NCBI RefSeq assembly: GCF_962719845.1
Contig: NZ_CAUIYF010000002.1
Coordinates: forward strand, 122,667-154,666
Length of the DNA: 32,000 nt
Reading direction: 5' to 3'
From: Neisseria uirgultaei
GTDB taxonomy: Bacteria; Pseudomonadota; Gammaproteobacteria; Burkholderiales; Neisseriaceae
Part shown: positions 18,643 through 26,629 of the stretch, one piece after another
Position numbering within the stretch: position 1 is the stretch's first letter
Layout: each line of letters opens with the position of its first letter
Notes under the pieces: generated by a model
Database searches by the model: none
The model's input: only the letters and a program-made list of their open reading frames with translations
What the model was told of the DNA's origin: nothing
Program-made: the position numbers and the translations under genes

Positions 18643-18965
18643 TGTCTATTTTGGAAGAGAATGTAATTGATTCAGCCTCTATTGAAAACGGAATACTCAT
18701 ATTAACTATTTCTGATCATTTAAAATGGGATAACGAGCATTTGTTTTTGTTGCAAGAAAAAATAAATTCATATATTCAATATATTGAATCAGGTCAAATT
18801 TTTGAAGATTTTGGAGAAAGTAGCTATGAGACTATTGAAATACAGCTTATATATAAATATAAACCAAATGAAAATTATAGAAAATTTTTATATCGCCTAG
18901 AAGGTGCTTTATTAAAACTTAAATTACGGTTTTCTCATGGAACTATCTCATATTTTTATAGTTGA
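18642..18965 (+). CDS. Putative cognate immunity protein (small, acidic, AT-rich)
   Basis: The 107-aa ORF has a start codon that overlaps the stop of the toxin remnant (TAATG), the classic toxin-immunity coupling. I recognise no family. Confidence 0.5.
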   Translation: MSILEENVIDSASIENGILILTISDHLKWDNEHLFLLQEKINSYIQYIESGQIFEDFGESSYETIEIQLIYKYKPNENYRKFLYRLEGALLKLKLRFSHGTISYFYS

Positions 18966-19113
18966 AAAGTAAATACTCTCTTTATCACTTCGAGCACAGG
19001 CAAGCCATAACTTATATAAACCCTGAAATCAAAAGAAGCAAATCGTAACACGCGGCGTCATATCCCTTAAGTCATACTTATACTGAAATATATAAGCCTG
19101 AGGAATTTACGCT

Positions 19114-19267
19114 ATGGTTAAGAAAGTAAATATATTGAATATTGCAGAAATTTTTTATGAGAGTAAAAATAAAATTTAGATATAGTCGTTATCTGTCTGC
19201 CGATGGAACAAAATGGATAAGACATGGTTTGTTCTATGTATCTTACGAAAATGGTAATATTGTTTAG
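19114..19267 (+). pseudogene. Frameshifted fragment of a MORN-variant/YwqK-like immunity gene
   Basis: MVKKVNILNIAEIFYESKNKI is followed by a stop. The next frame reads RYSRYLSADGTKWIRHGLFYVSYENGNIV* (a G-x-W…Y-x-NG repeat pattern). Confidence 0.25.
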
Positions 19268-19277
19268 GCAAAAAATT

Positions 19278-19727
19278 ATGAAAATTTTTTATTTTAGTTC
19301 AAAAAAAATAGAAAATTGTGTAAACATTATCTCATCAAATCTGAATCGAAAACAAGTTCGTGCAATATTTAGTTCTGATGTACAAGAAATTTATAAGTCA
19401 TCATACTCTCGGGTTCCTATGGATGTTTTTCCCGAATTGAATATCCATTGTTTTTATGATGATAAAAATCAGCTTGAAGCGATAGAGATATTTGAACCAA
19501 ATAAGTTTTTTTTAGAAGATATTTCTTTTAATTGGCTTGGAAAAATTAATGATGAAATAATAAGCTATCTTTATAAGAGTGGAATTAATGATTTTGAAAT
19601 TGATGATTTGGGTATTAGGCTTCTTAATATTCCTGTTTCAACTATAATCAATTCAATAGGTAAAGTAGAATGTTGTTATTTAGATTTTTCAAATAGAGAC
19701 ACGAAATTTTATGTAAAACAAGTGTAG
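19278..19727 (+). CDS. Hypothetical AT-rich protein, probable orphan immunity protein
   Basis: The likely start is ATG 19278 (MKIFYFSSKK…), which lies within track ORF 19224-19727. The gene is AT-rich, sits among toxin/immunity remnants and has no signal peptide. Confidence 0.45.
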   Translation: MKIFYFSSKKIENCVNIISSNLNRKQVRAIFSSDVQEIYKSSYSRVPMDVFPELNIHCFYDDKNQLEAIEIFEPNKFFLEDISFNWLGKINDEIISYLYKSGINDFEIDDLGIRLLNIPVSTIINSIGKVECCYLDFSNRDTKFYVKQV

Positions 19728-19870
19728 ATTTGAGGTCAAGATCCAATCTACGCTTACTCCGGTATCAGCGTCTCCATCATCTACGACGAATAAAAAATCC
19801 GCCATCTGACCAAGTAAACGCCTACCTTGCCGAAAACCAAAGCCGCGACCACACCTGGAAAAAAAGACGG

Positions 19871-19998
19871 CATAGCAAGCCGTAGCTCATATGAAACCTA
19901 AACTCAATACGTAGGATGTGCGGAATGCACATATGTAGTTCTCAAAGTTTGAGCTAAAAGGCCGTCTGAAACAACAAGAATACGTTTCAGACGGCCTT
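19871..19998. repeat. Direct repeat copy A (module-end element: …SYET* tail, GTAG-headed palindrome, CTCAAAGTTTGAG palindrome, inverted DUS pair)
   Basis: By hand alignment it matches 28292-28409 at roughly 85% identity, with a 10-bp insertion (AAGCCGTAGC) in copy A. The inverted DUS pair at 19958-19998 is perfect here. Confidence 0.8.
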
Positions 19999-20098
19999 AT
20001 ATATTTCGCTTATATATTTCGCTTCCGTTAAGGGAGTGTAAAATACATTTAAAACCCCTTGATAAATTCGATTAACCGACATTTGAGAGGGATCTAAA

Positions 20099-21016
20099 AT
20101 GTTTTTACAGCAACAAATTGAGTTTCAGCAGCAAGCGAACGCGAAGCGTGCCGCGCTTCCTTGTCTTAATAGTAACAATTGCATTGAGACCGCAAACAGC
20201 GGCGAAATCAAGCAGTTGCAAAGTCAGCATGAAAACCGTAAAGCGAACACGCTGAACGAGTTTTCTACTTCTTACAAAAAATCCACTACTGCTCTAGAAA
20301 TGAACGTTAAAGTGTTCATTGAAGCCTTTGGCCTGAACAAAGTCGGCTTTTTAACCCTGACCTTTGCCGATGACGTAATCGACCCGAAAGAAGCGCAACG
20401 CCGTTTCCACAGCTTGAGGACTAACTTTCTCAAACGCCACTTCCCCGAGTACATCGCTGTTTATGAGCGTACAAAAAAAGGTCGTATTCATTTCCATCTA
20501 ATCGTAAATACCCGTGTCGATATACGGCGTGGCCTGAATTTCCGCGAAATCGCCGCAGGTCGCTACAGCTCTGCCAATCCAGCATTGCGCAAACTGTGGG
20601 CATTGCTCCGCGAAAACGTCCACAAATACGGCTTTGGCCGTACTGAACTGCTGCCCGTAAAAACCAACATCAAAGGCTTGGCGCGGTATGTGTCCAAGTA
20701 CATCAGTAAACACATCAACAGCCGCCTGCCTGAAGACAAGGGCTATCGGCTTGTTCGTACTAGCATGGACAAAAAATGCGTATGGAAAGTAGCAAACAGC
20801 AATTTTGCTTTTGTGTCCAAAGGCTCGAAAGAGTGGAGACGCAAGTTAAAAAAATGGGTTGAGCGGGTAGAAAGCTACCTGAACCGCGTAGCAGAGTGGA
20901 AATACCGCGCAGCCCTACCCAGAATTACCCAAGATAATTACAACACTGTCTTGGCCTTTGTCCTAAGCCCGAAATGGGCATTTAAAAACCGCGAAATCAT
21001 CTTAAACATGGAGTAA
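20099..21016 (+). CDS. Phage rolling-circle replication initiator (HUH endonuclease, RstA/pII analogue)
   Basis: GAGAGGGA RBS. It has the HUH motif GRIHFHLIV and the Tyr motif ARYVSKYISKH, and it is the first gene of the phage module. Confidence 0.8.
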   Translation: MFLQQQIEFQQQANAKRAALPCLNSNNCIETANSGEIKQLQSQHENRKANTLNEFSTSYKKSTTALEMNVKVFIEAFGLNKVGFLTLTFADDVIDPKEAQRRFHSLRTNFLKRHFPEYIAVYERTKKGRIHFHLIVNTRVDIRRGLNFREIAAGRYSSANPALRKLWALLRENVHKYGFGRTELLPVKTNIKGLARYVSKYISKHINSRLPEDKGYRLVRTSMDKKCVWKVANSNFAFVSKGSKEWRRKLKKWVERVESYLNRVAEWKYRAALPRITQDNYNTVLAFVLSPKWAFKNREIILNME

Positions 21017-21021
21017 CCAAC

Positions 21022-21291
21022 ATGAGTGAAAACCAAACCCCGAAACAAGGCTTTTTTGTAATCGCGTCATTTGACCGCGAATTTGTCAAAGAGCGCAAAA
21101 ACGCAGACGGCACATACGTCAAAGTCCACTATCTAGGCCTGCTCGTCCGCAGTGAAGATGGCACGCAGCTTTGCGAAGTGCGTACAAAGAACCCTGAAAA
21201 ATACCAGCATTTCAAGCGCGATCAAGTCGTAACGCTGGAAATCCACCTGCGCGCCTTTAAAGACAACGTCTATTACTCTGACGAACGTTAA
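21022..21291 (+). CDS. Putative phage ssDNA-binding protein (pV analogue)
   Basis: This 89-aa ORF lies directly after Rep. The call rests on size and position only. Confidence 0.5.
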   Translation: MSENQTPKQGFFVIASFDREFVKERKNADGTYVKVHYLGLLVRSEDGTQLCEVRTKNPEKYQHFKRDQVVTLEIHLRAFKDNVYYSDER

Positions 21292-21386
21292 CGCACAAGC
21301 AAAATTCAGGGGTTGGCCGTTTCCCCTGAATCAGACCCCTAAAAACGGCCACAACATTTTTTTAACTCACTTAAAGGAAAAAAATC

Positions 21387-21611
21387 ATGAATATCATGAA
21401 ACTGAAAACCGCAGCGAGTAAAGCCGCTGCAACCGTAGCAGTAGCCGTAATGTCTGCTCCCGCTTGGGCTGATGGCACACCGTTGGAAGCAGCACAAAAC
21501 GAAATCGGCAGCCTGAAAACAGGCATTGCAGCCCTGGGCGGCGTGATTCTTGGCGTAGCCGTTGCAATCGTAACCATCGGCGTAATTAAACGCGCAGTAT
21601 CCAAAGCCTAA
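21387..21611 (+). CDS. Major coat protein (pVIII analogue)
   Basis: It has a signal peptide ending AWA|DG, an amphipathic N-terminus, a hydrophobic core GGVILGVAVAIVTIGVI and a basic C-terminus KRAVSKA. Confidence 0.8.
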   Translation: MNIMKLKTAASKAAATVAVAVMSAPAWADGTPLEAAQNEIGSLKTGIAALGGVILGVAVAIVTIGVIKRAVSKA

Positions 21612-21620
21612 GGAAACGAC

Positions 21621-21935
21621 ATGGGTTATCAAGTAGGCAGAATATGCTATTTCACAGAAGACGAAGCAGTGAACATCGTGATGACCCAAGTCGTACCGAC
21701 GATAGATAAAGACGGGGTGTTACATCACCCCGTTTTTAACGGCAGGACTTGGACATACAAACAGCAGGGGCATGAATACCCCGTAAAACCCACATTTCCC
21801 CAATGCGACCCAAACGAATACACAAACGCAGGCAGGGAAGTAGGAATAGCCCTGTTGGGCGCGTTTGCCGTCGTTTGGATTATCCGCGTAGTGCTTTCAA
21901 CCTTGAACATACTGAAAGAAAGAGATGAAGAATAA
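21621..21935 (+). CDS. Phage hypothetical protein with a C-terminal TM anchor (minor coat candidate)
   Basis: The 104-aa ORF has a C-terminal hydrophobic segment IALLGAFAVVWIIRVVL and overlaps the next ORF by 11 nt. Confidence 0.55.
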   Translation: MGYQVGRICYFTEDEAVNIVMTQVVPTIDKDGVLHHPVFNGRTWTYKQQGHEYPVKPTFPQCDPNEYTNAGREVGIALLGAFAVVWIIRVVLSTLNILKERDEE

Positions 21936-23667
21936 TGCTCCCCGAAATTTTATTTTTAATTGCCGCCGCCCCCTACCTGTTCTGCTGCTGGGCGTTGTCG
22001 TTCCTCATGCTCAAGTAAACGCAGACGCGCAACTACCCCCACCTGCACACCACCAAAACGTAGGCTTTCCATCAGCCCAAAAACTCGAGCAAATGGGATA
22101 CAACAGAGAGACAGGCGTTTGGAAAGTACAAACAAACCCAACAGGCAAACCGACAGTAAGCAGCGGAGGCGGCCAAATCACGGGGACGCAGAACCAGCGT
22201 GTAACCGTAACGGACGCGTACGGCAACAAAGCGAACGTGAACACCCAAGTAACGCAGCGCGTTAATATCGGACGTGTTGAAGCTGCTATTGGTGGCACGT
22301 TAGCAGGTTTGTCAGCGGCAGGCGGTGCTATTGGTTCTGATTATGCCGCTTGGGCATATAGAGATATTAAAGAAGGAAGCTGGGGCGACGCAGCTAGAAA
22401 TACAGTTGGCGCATTGTTATCAGGTCTAGAAGCGTTGGATATAACTGGACTTGGTAGCGGGATTAATAATTTTTTAGATAAAACAGGTATTAGAAGCAGT
22501 TCTAGCGGTGAACAATTAGGACAAATAGCCGCCCAACAGCAACAAGCCCAAGAGCAAGCACAAAAATCAGGAGACTTCAGAGGAGCAGTAGGCTACGCCG
22601 TAGCAGCCAAAGCCGCAAAAGTAGCCGGAGAAGTAGCGAGAGCTGAAAAATTCGAAAAAGAGAAACTCAAGCCCAAAAATGAAAACGGCAAAGTCTTAAA
22701 ACCCTTTCTAATTAGTTTTCAAGAAACAGGTTACAGATACGCAGCAAACGGAAACGGCGGTGAATTACTTGAACCAGAGGTTAAATGGGTGACTGCGTAT
22801 TTAGAAAATGATGGGGGTCGTTATATTTATGGATTTTCGTATAGTCAAAAAGACTGGGGCGAAAGCGTAGATCTTAATATTGAGGGTTTTAAAACAAGTT
22901 ACAAATTTAAGCACAAAGATACTCCAAGACATATATCGAACGGTGTTTATAGTGGTTATTATGATATTTCCTTAGTGGTAAAAGCTTACCCAACAAATTC
23001 CAGTGGCATAAAAATAGTACCTGACCCGAATCCCAAAGATTTCCAACTAACCCAACAGGAAATTTTAGACATTCTCAAGAGCATGCTTGAGAACCAACAA
23101 ACCAACCATAACGAACTAATGAACCAGCTCGCCAAAATGGGCAACGTCGTACCCGATTCGACAACATCGACCGAGTTCACACCGGCAACGGCTATTACTG
23201 ACCCTTATACTCCGTCAGGCTCAAATACACCACAGCAGACCCAAATCACGATAAACAAAGACGGCAGCGTAACAACAAGCGTTATTCCCCGTTCCGACCT
23301 CGTGCCGAACAGCCCACAAGCCCCAACGCGAATCCCGTTGATACCAAACAACCCAAGCACACCTATCACACCCGATGATCCGACCGTGCCAAACAAGCCC
23401 AAAGAAGACCAACCACCGCAGGAAAACACAGCCTATGAAGACCCCAACATACCCACCCAAACCGTAGATTTAGACTTTAAACCAGCCGATATATTTTCAG
23501 TTGACGGCGTATGCCCCGAACCTAGAAGCGTAGATTTCGGCATGTTCGGACAACATGAATTTTCATATGACCCCCTATGCGATTTTGCCCGAAAACTAAG
23601 ACCGATTTTGATACTTATCACAATCGTATCCTGCTCCTTTTTCGTTTATTCATCACTGAAAGACTAA
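21925..23667 (+). CDS. tspB: TspB-like adsorption/minor coat protein (pIII analogue)
   Basis: The 580-aa ORF has an N-terminal signal-like segment, a Gly/Ala-rich region, a Pro-rich tract (…PNSPQAPTRIPLIPNNPSTPITPDDPTVPNKPKEDQPPQ…) and a C-terminal TM anchor. The architecture and position match Nf ORF6/TspB. Confidence 0.7.
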   Translation: MKNNAPRNFIFNCRRPLPVLLLGVVVPHAQVNADAQLPPPAHHQNVGFPSAQKLEQMGYNRETGVWKVQTNPTGKPTVSSGGGQITGTQNQRVTVTDAYGNKANVNTQVTQRVNIGRVEAAIGGTLAGLSAAGGAIGSDYAAWAYRDIKEGSWGDAARNTVGALLSGLEALDITGLGSGINNFLDKTGIRSSSSGEQLGQIAAQQQQAQEQAQKSGDFRGAVGYAVAAKAAKVAGEVARAEKFEKEKLKPKNENGKVLKPFLISFQETGYRYAANGNGGELLEPEVKWVTAYLENDGGRYIYGFSYSQKDWGESVDLNIEGFKTSYKFKHKDTPRHISNGVYSGYYDISLVVKAYPTNSSGIKIVPDPNPKDFQLTQQEILDILKSMLENQQTNHNELMNQLAKMGNVVPDSTTSTEFTPATAITDPYTPSGSNTPQQTQITINKDGSVTTSVIPRSDLVPNSPQAPTRIPLIPNNPSTPITPDDPTVPNKPKEDQPPQENTAYEDPNIPTQTVDLDFKPADIFSVDGVCPEPRSVDFGMFGQHEFSYDPLCDFARKLRPILILITIVSCSFFVYSSLKD

Positions 23668-23668
23668 A

Positions 23669-23950
23669 ATGAATATTGGGAACATCATAACCGCGGTACT
23701 GATGACCGTAGCAGGCAGACTAATCGCCGCGTTTGGTCTGTCATTTGTAACCTACGTAGGCCTAAACGAAGTACAGAGCCGTATAGTTGCGGCCATTGCC
23801 GAAAACCTGAACAGCATACCGAAAGAAGCCTTACAAATTGCCTATATCGCAGGTTTGGGCGTAGTGCTTAACTGGATAATCGGCGCATTTGCCTTTGTCA
23901 TTTCAACAAAAAGCCTGACGAAGCTTGCCGCAGGCATATCAAAAAAATAG
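23669..23950 (+). CDS. pVI-like small membrane protein
   Basis: The 93-aa ORF has several hydrophobic helices and sits between the adsorption protein and the Zot-like gene. Confidence 0.6.
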   Translation: MNIGNIITAVLMTVAGRLIAAFGLSFVTYVGLNEVQSRIVAAIAENLNSIPKEALQIAYIAGLGVVLNWIIGAFAFVISTKSLTKLAAGISKK

Positions 23951-23962
23951 AGAGATTAAGCC

Positions 23963-25042
23963 ATGTTATATCTGTTCACAGGCGTACCCGGTTCGGGCAA
24001 AACCTTGAACGTTGTTTCAATGTTAGCCAAACGTCCCGACCTCAAAAACCGCCCCTTGTTTATAGACGGGATTCCAGATTTACAAATCCCACACGAACCA
24101 ATCCCCGAGGGAGAAAGCATCCAAACGTGGCCGAAGTGGGCGCCGACAGGCGCAATCATCGTTGTTGACGAATGTCAGCGCATCTTTAGGCCGCGCCCGA
24201 GTGGCTCGAAAGTACCCGACTACGTTTCAGAACTAGAAACCCATCGCCATCGCGGCCTAGATTTCTTCTTCATAACCCAACACCCCCGATTAATTGATGC
24301 CAACCTAAGAAGCCTGATAGAGCATCACACCCACGTAAGCAAGACCGAACTAGGCGTAAGGCGTAAACTAGAATGGAGTACGGGCGGCGCGAAGAACCCA
24401 GAAAGCAGGGCAGACGTAAGAGACGCACTCAAAAGCGTGTACAAGCTGGATAAAAGCGTGTACGGCCTATACAAATCAGCCGAAGAACACACCAAAATCA
24501 AAACAGGCCGCAGCAAAGTCTTTTACCTGATTCCTGTCATACTTTTGATGATAATCGGTGGCCTTTGGGGCTTTTATGACTTTTGGGGAGACTTCAAAAA
24601 AATCACACCGAACCCCACGGCGCAGCAGGAAGTTGCCGCGCCAGCGGCAAGCCCCGAAACGGACGGCACGGTGGGGGCGCAAGCCCAAAACGGGACGCAC
24701 GGGACGGGGCAATACCCCGAAGCGCAGACAACGCCCGAGCCGCCGCAGCATCGGAAACACCTGACTGAAGACGATTACAAGCCCGCCATAGACGGGCAAC
24801 CCCACACCGCCCCGATATATGACCAATACAACAAAGCAGTAAAAACCATGCCCTATCCAGTCGCTTGCGTCAAAAACGCAAACCGCTGTACATGCTACAC
24901 AGACCAAGGAACAGCGATAAAAGGTTTCAGTAAAACCCAATGTTTTGAGTTCGTAGAGAACGGCATATACAATCCGTATAAAGCAGCGGCGGCCACACCG
25001 ACACCGACGGCAGCGGCAGAGCCGAAAGAGAGCGGCGGCTAA
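23963..25042 (+). CDS. Zot-like assembly ATPase (pI analogue)
   Basis: It has the Walker A motif GVPGSGKT, Walker B IVVDECQ and a central TM segment VFYLIPVILLMIIGGLWGFY. Confidence 0.85.
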   Translation: MLYLFTGVPGSGKTLNVVSMLAKRPDLKNRPLFIDGIPDLQIPHEPIPEGESIQTWPKWAPTGAIIVVDECQRIFRPRPSGSKVPDYVSELETHRHRGLDFFFITQHPRLIDANLRSLIEHHTHVSKTELGVRRKLEWSTGGAKNPESRADVRDALKSVYKLDKSVYGLYKSAEEHTKIKTGRSKVFYLIPVILLMIIGGLWGFYDFWGDFKKITPNPTAQQEVAAPAASPETDGTVGAQAQNGTHGTGQYPEAQTTPEPPQHRKHLTEDDYKPAIDGQPHTAPIYDQYNKAVKTMPYPVACVKNANRCTCYTDQGTAIKGFSKTQCFEFVENGIYNPYKAAAATPTPTAAAEPKESGG

Positions 25043-25134
25043 GTGCTGACGATGGGCGGAGAGAGTCCGCAAAATCTTATGTATGACGGGTATAATGAAA
25101 AAAAGTTAAGTAATCAAGGTGCAAAAGTAGGGAT

Positions 25135-25290
25135 ATGAATTGTTTATTATCATTCTTTCTGGGTATTGTTGTAGCGACGACATATGAACGTAAAGGTTGG
25201 AAAGGCTTAATTGGCATGCGATGGCCTTTTAAAATAGTCCTTTTATTAATTGTAACGCTTGGAATATTTCTACTAACCCAAAACCTCTAA
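25135..25290 (+). CDS. Small (51 aa) two-TM hydrophobic protein, possible phage moron (below the ORF-track size cut-off)
   Basis: My translation is MNCLLSFFLGIVVATTYERKGWKGLIGMRWPFKIVLLLIVTLGIFLLTQNL*. A TATAAT lies about 40 nt upstream. The segment is more AT-rich than the phage core. Confidence 0.35.
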   Translation: MNCLLSFFLGIVVATTYERKGWKGLIGMRWPFKIVLLLIVTLGIFLLTQNL

Positions 25291-25314
25291 TTCCCCCGCC
25301 CACTTTCCCACAAG

Positions 25315-25390
25315 TCAAGGGGAGGATGTCCAGAAAGATTTGTAAAGACAGCTTTATCGTCTTTATAAATCTTTTTGGATACCCCTTGAC
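25315..25390. repeat. Imperfect long inverted repeat (~32-35-bp arms) at the start of the recombinase leader
   Basis: GTCAAGGGGAGGATGTCCAGAAAGATTTGTAAAGAC (25315-25349) pairs with GTCTTTATAAATCTTTTTGGATACCCCTTGAC (25359-25390). Confidence 0.8.
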
Positions 25391-25399
25391 GCTAACCCA

Positions 25400-25678
25400 C
25401 CCAAAAACGCTTTAAAGAAAGGTTGGTGCGGTTTTTTGCGCCAACCCCTGCCACATGGCGAATGTCGCCGAAGGCAAGCAAACGATAAGCTTCAAGCCCT
25501 GAATGAGTAAATCAGCCCATTGAGGGCTTGGCGTTTGACGAAACACCAAGTAAAGCCCACGACTTCGAAAGTACGGCCAAAGCGTACAGCTTGTAAGAAA
25601 GATAGAAGCGTGGGCTTTCGTACATCTTAAGTTTGAACACTATCTAGGGCAAAAAGCCCGAATTAATAAGGTTAAACC
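25400..25678 (+). ncRNA. Candidate structured non-coding RNA (bridge-RNA-like guide) in the 5' leader of the IS110-family recombinase gene - hypothesis only
   Basis: No ORF is present. Consecutive perfect stems lie at 25421-25446, 25457-25469, 25493-25530 (8 bp), 25552-25618 (10 bp, with inner stem 25571-25587) and 25647-25659. Short matches to the dRS3 core are CCCACGA 25556, CGAAAGT 25566 and CTTTCGT 25615. Confidence 0.3.
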
Positions 25679-26629
25679 ATGTACTTAGGAATAGACGTTT
25701 CAAAGCTCACAATAGATTGTTGTTTGATTGCAGACGGTCAAAATCATCAAAAGAAGTTTCAGAACAACAAAGGAGGATTTGAACAATTAATAAATTGGCT
25801 ACAAAGTCATAAAGTAACCGATAAGCTCCATTGCGTGTGCGAAGCAACAGGCACATATTACGAAGCATTAGCCGAATATCTTTATTTACGATACACAATT
25901 ACCGTAGAGAATCCACGAAAGATAAAAGGATATGCGATAGCAGAACTACAACGATCAAAAACAGATACACAAGACGCAAAGTTGATAGCCCAATATTGCC
26001 AAGACCGAAAGCACAAATTAAAAGCATGGAAACCACCGGCAAAAGAACAGAAGCAATTACAGGAAATCGCCCGATATTTAGACTATCTGAAACAGCAACG
26101 CGCAATAGAAAAAGCCAAACAACACGAAGCACCCGACTATATCAAATCCCACATTCAAACAACTATTTCAAATCTGACAGCACAAATACAGATAGTCAAA
26201 AAGCAATTACTCCAGTTCTACAAAGACAATCCAAGTTACAACAACCTTCGCAAAAGGCTGAAAACAATAACAGGCATAGGCGAGCAAGCGACAGCCGTAT
26301 TGCTATCAACCTATAAAAGACATGATTTTAAAAATGCAAAACAGTTCACGGTTTATCTAGGCCTAGACCCTAGAAAATATCAATCAGGAACAAGCGTAAA
26401 CGGAAAAAGCAGAATATCAAAAATCGGAAGTTCGGAAATACGGAAAAGCCTTTATATGCCTGCACTTGTTGCATATCGTTGTAATGCCTTCCCTGAATTT
26501 GTAGGCCGTCTGAAAAACAAGGGAAAACATATAAAGCTGATATTAATCGCCATAATGCGGAAACTGGCGGTAATAGCGTTTACGCTGTTGAAGAACGGCC
26601 AAGATTTCCAAGTGGAAAGATATAAATAG
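25679..26629 (+). CDS. IS110-family DEDD recombinase/transposase (PivNM/Irg-like)
   Basis: It has the N-terminal RuvC-like motif MYLGIDVSK…, a C-terminal Transposase_20-type region (LKTITGIGEQATAVLLS…GLDPRKYQSGTSVNGKSRISKIGSSEIRKSLYMPALVA) and an AAGG RBS. Confidence 0.88.
   Translation: MYLGIDVSKLTIDCCLIADGQNHQKKFQNNKGGFEQLINWLQSHKVTDKLHCVCEATGTYYEALAEYLYLRYTITVENPRKIKGYAIAELQRSKTDTQDAKLIAQYCQDRKHKLKAWKPPAKEQKQLQEIARYLDYLKQQRAIEKAKQHEAPDYIKSHIQTTISNLTAQIQIVKKQLLQFYKDNPSYNNLRKRLKTITGIGEQATAVLLSTYKRHDFKNAKQFTVYLGLDPRKYQSGTSVNGKSRISKIGSSEIRKSLYMPALVAYRCNAFPEFVGRLKNKGKHIKLILIAIMRKLAVIAFTLLKNGQDFQVERYK

Noticed and set aside
19055-19069. 15-nt identity (GCGTCATATCCCTTA) between 19055-19069 and 27022-27036, considered as a cassette recombination breakpoint
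   Set aside because: The similarity does not extend on either side. About one chance 15-mer match is expected between two strands of a 32-kb window, so it is not evidence on its own.
19875-19886. 12-mer GCTACGGCTTGC shared (in reverse complement) between the REP units at 7765/7859 and direct-repeat copy A, considered as proof that both belong to one REP family
   Set aside because: A 12-mer match is expected by chance many times in a window of this size. The GTAG-headed palindromes are only loosely similar, so the relationship is left as a possibility rather than a claim.
24476-25072. 198-aa minus-strand ORF overlapping the Zot-like gene; also Arg-rich + frame ORFs at 24558-24768
   Set aside because: They overlap a gene with clear Walker motifs. 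Their translations are Arg/Cys/Gly-rich, with no supporting signals.
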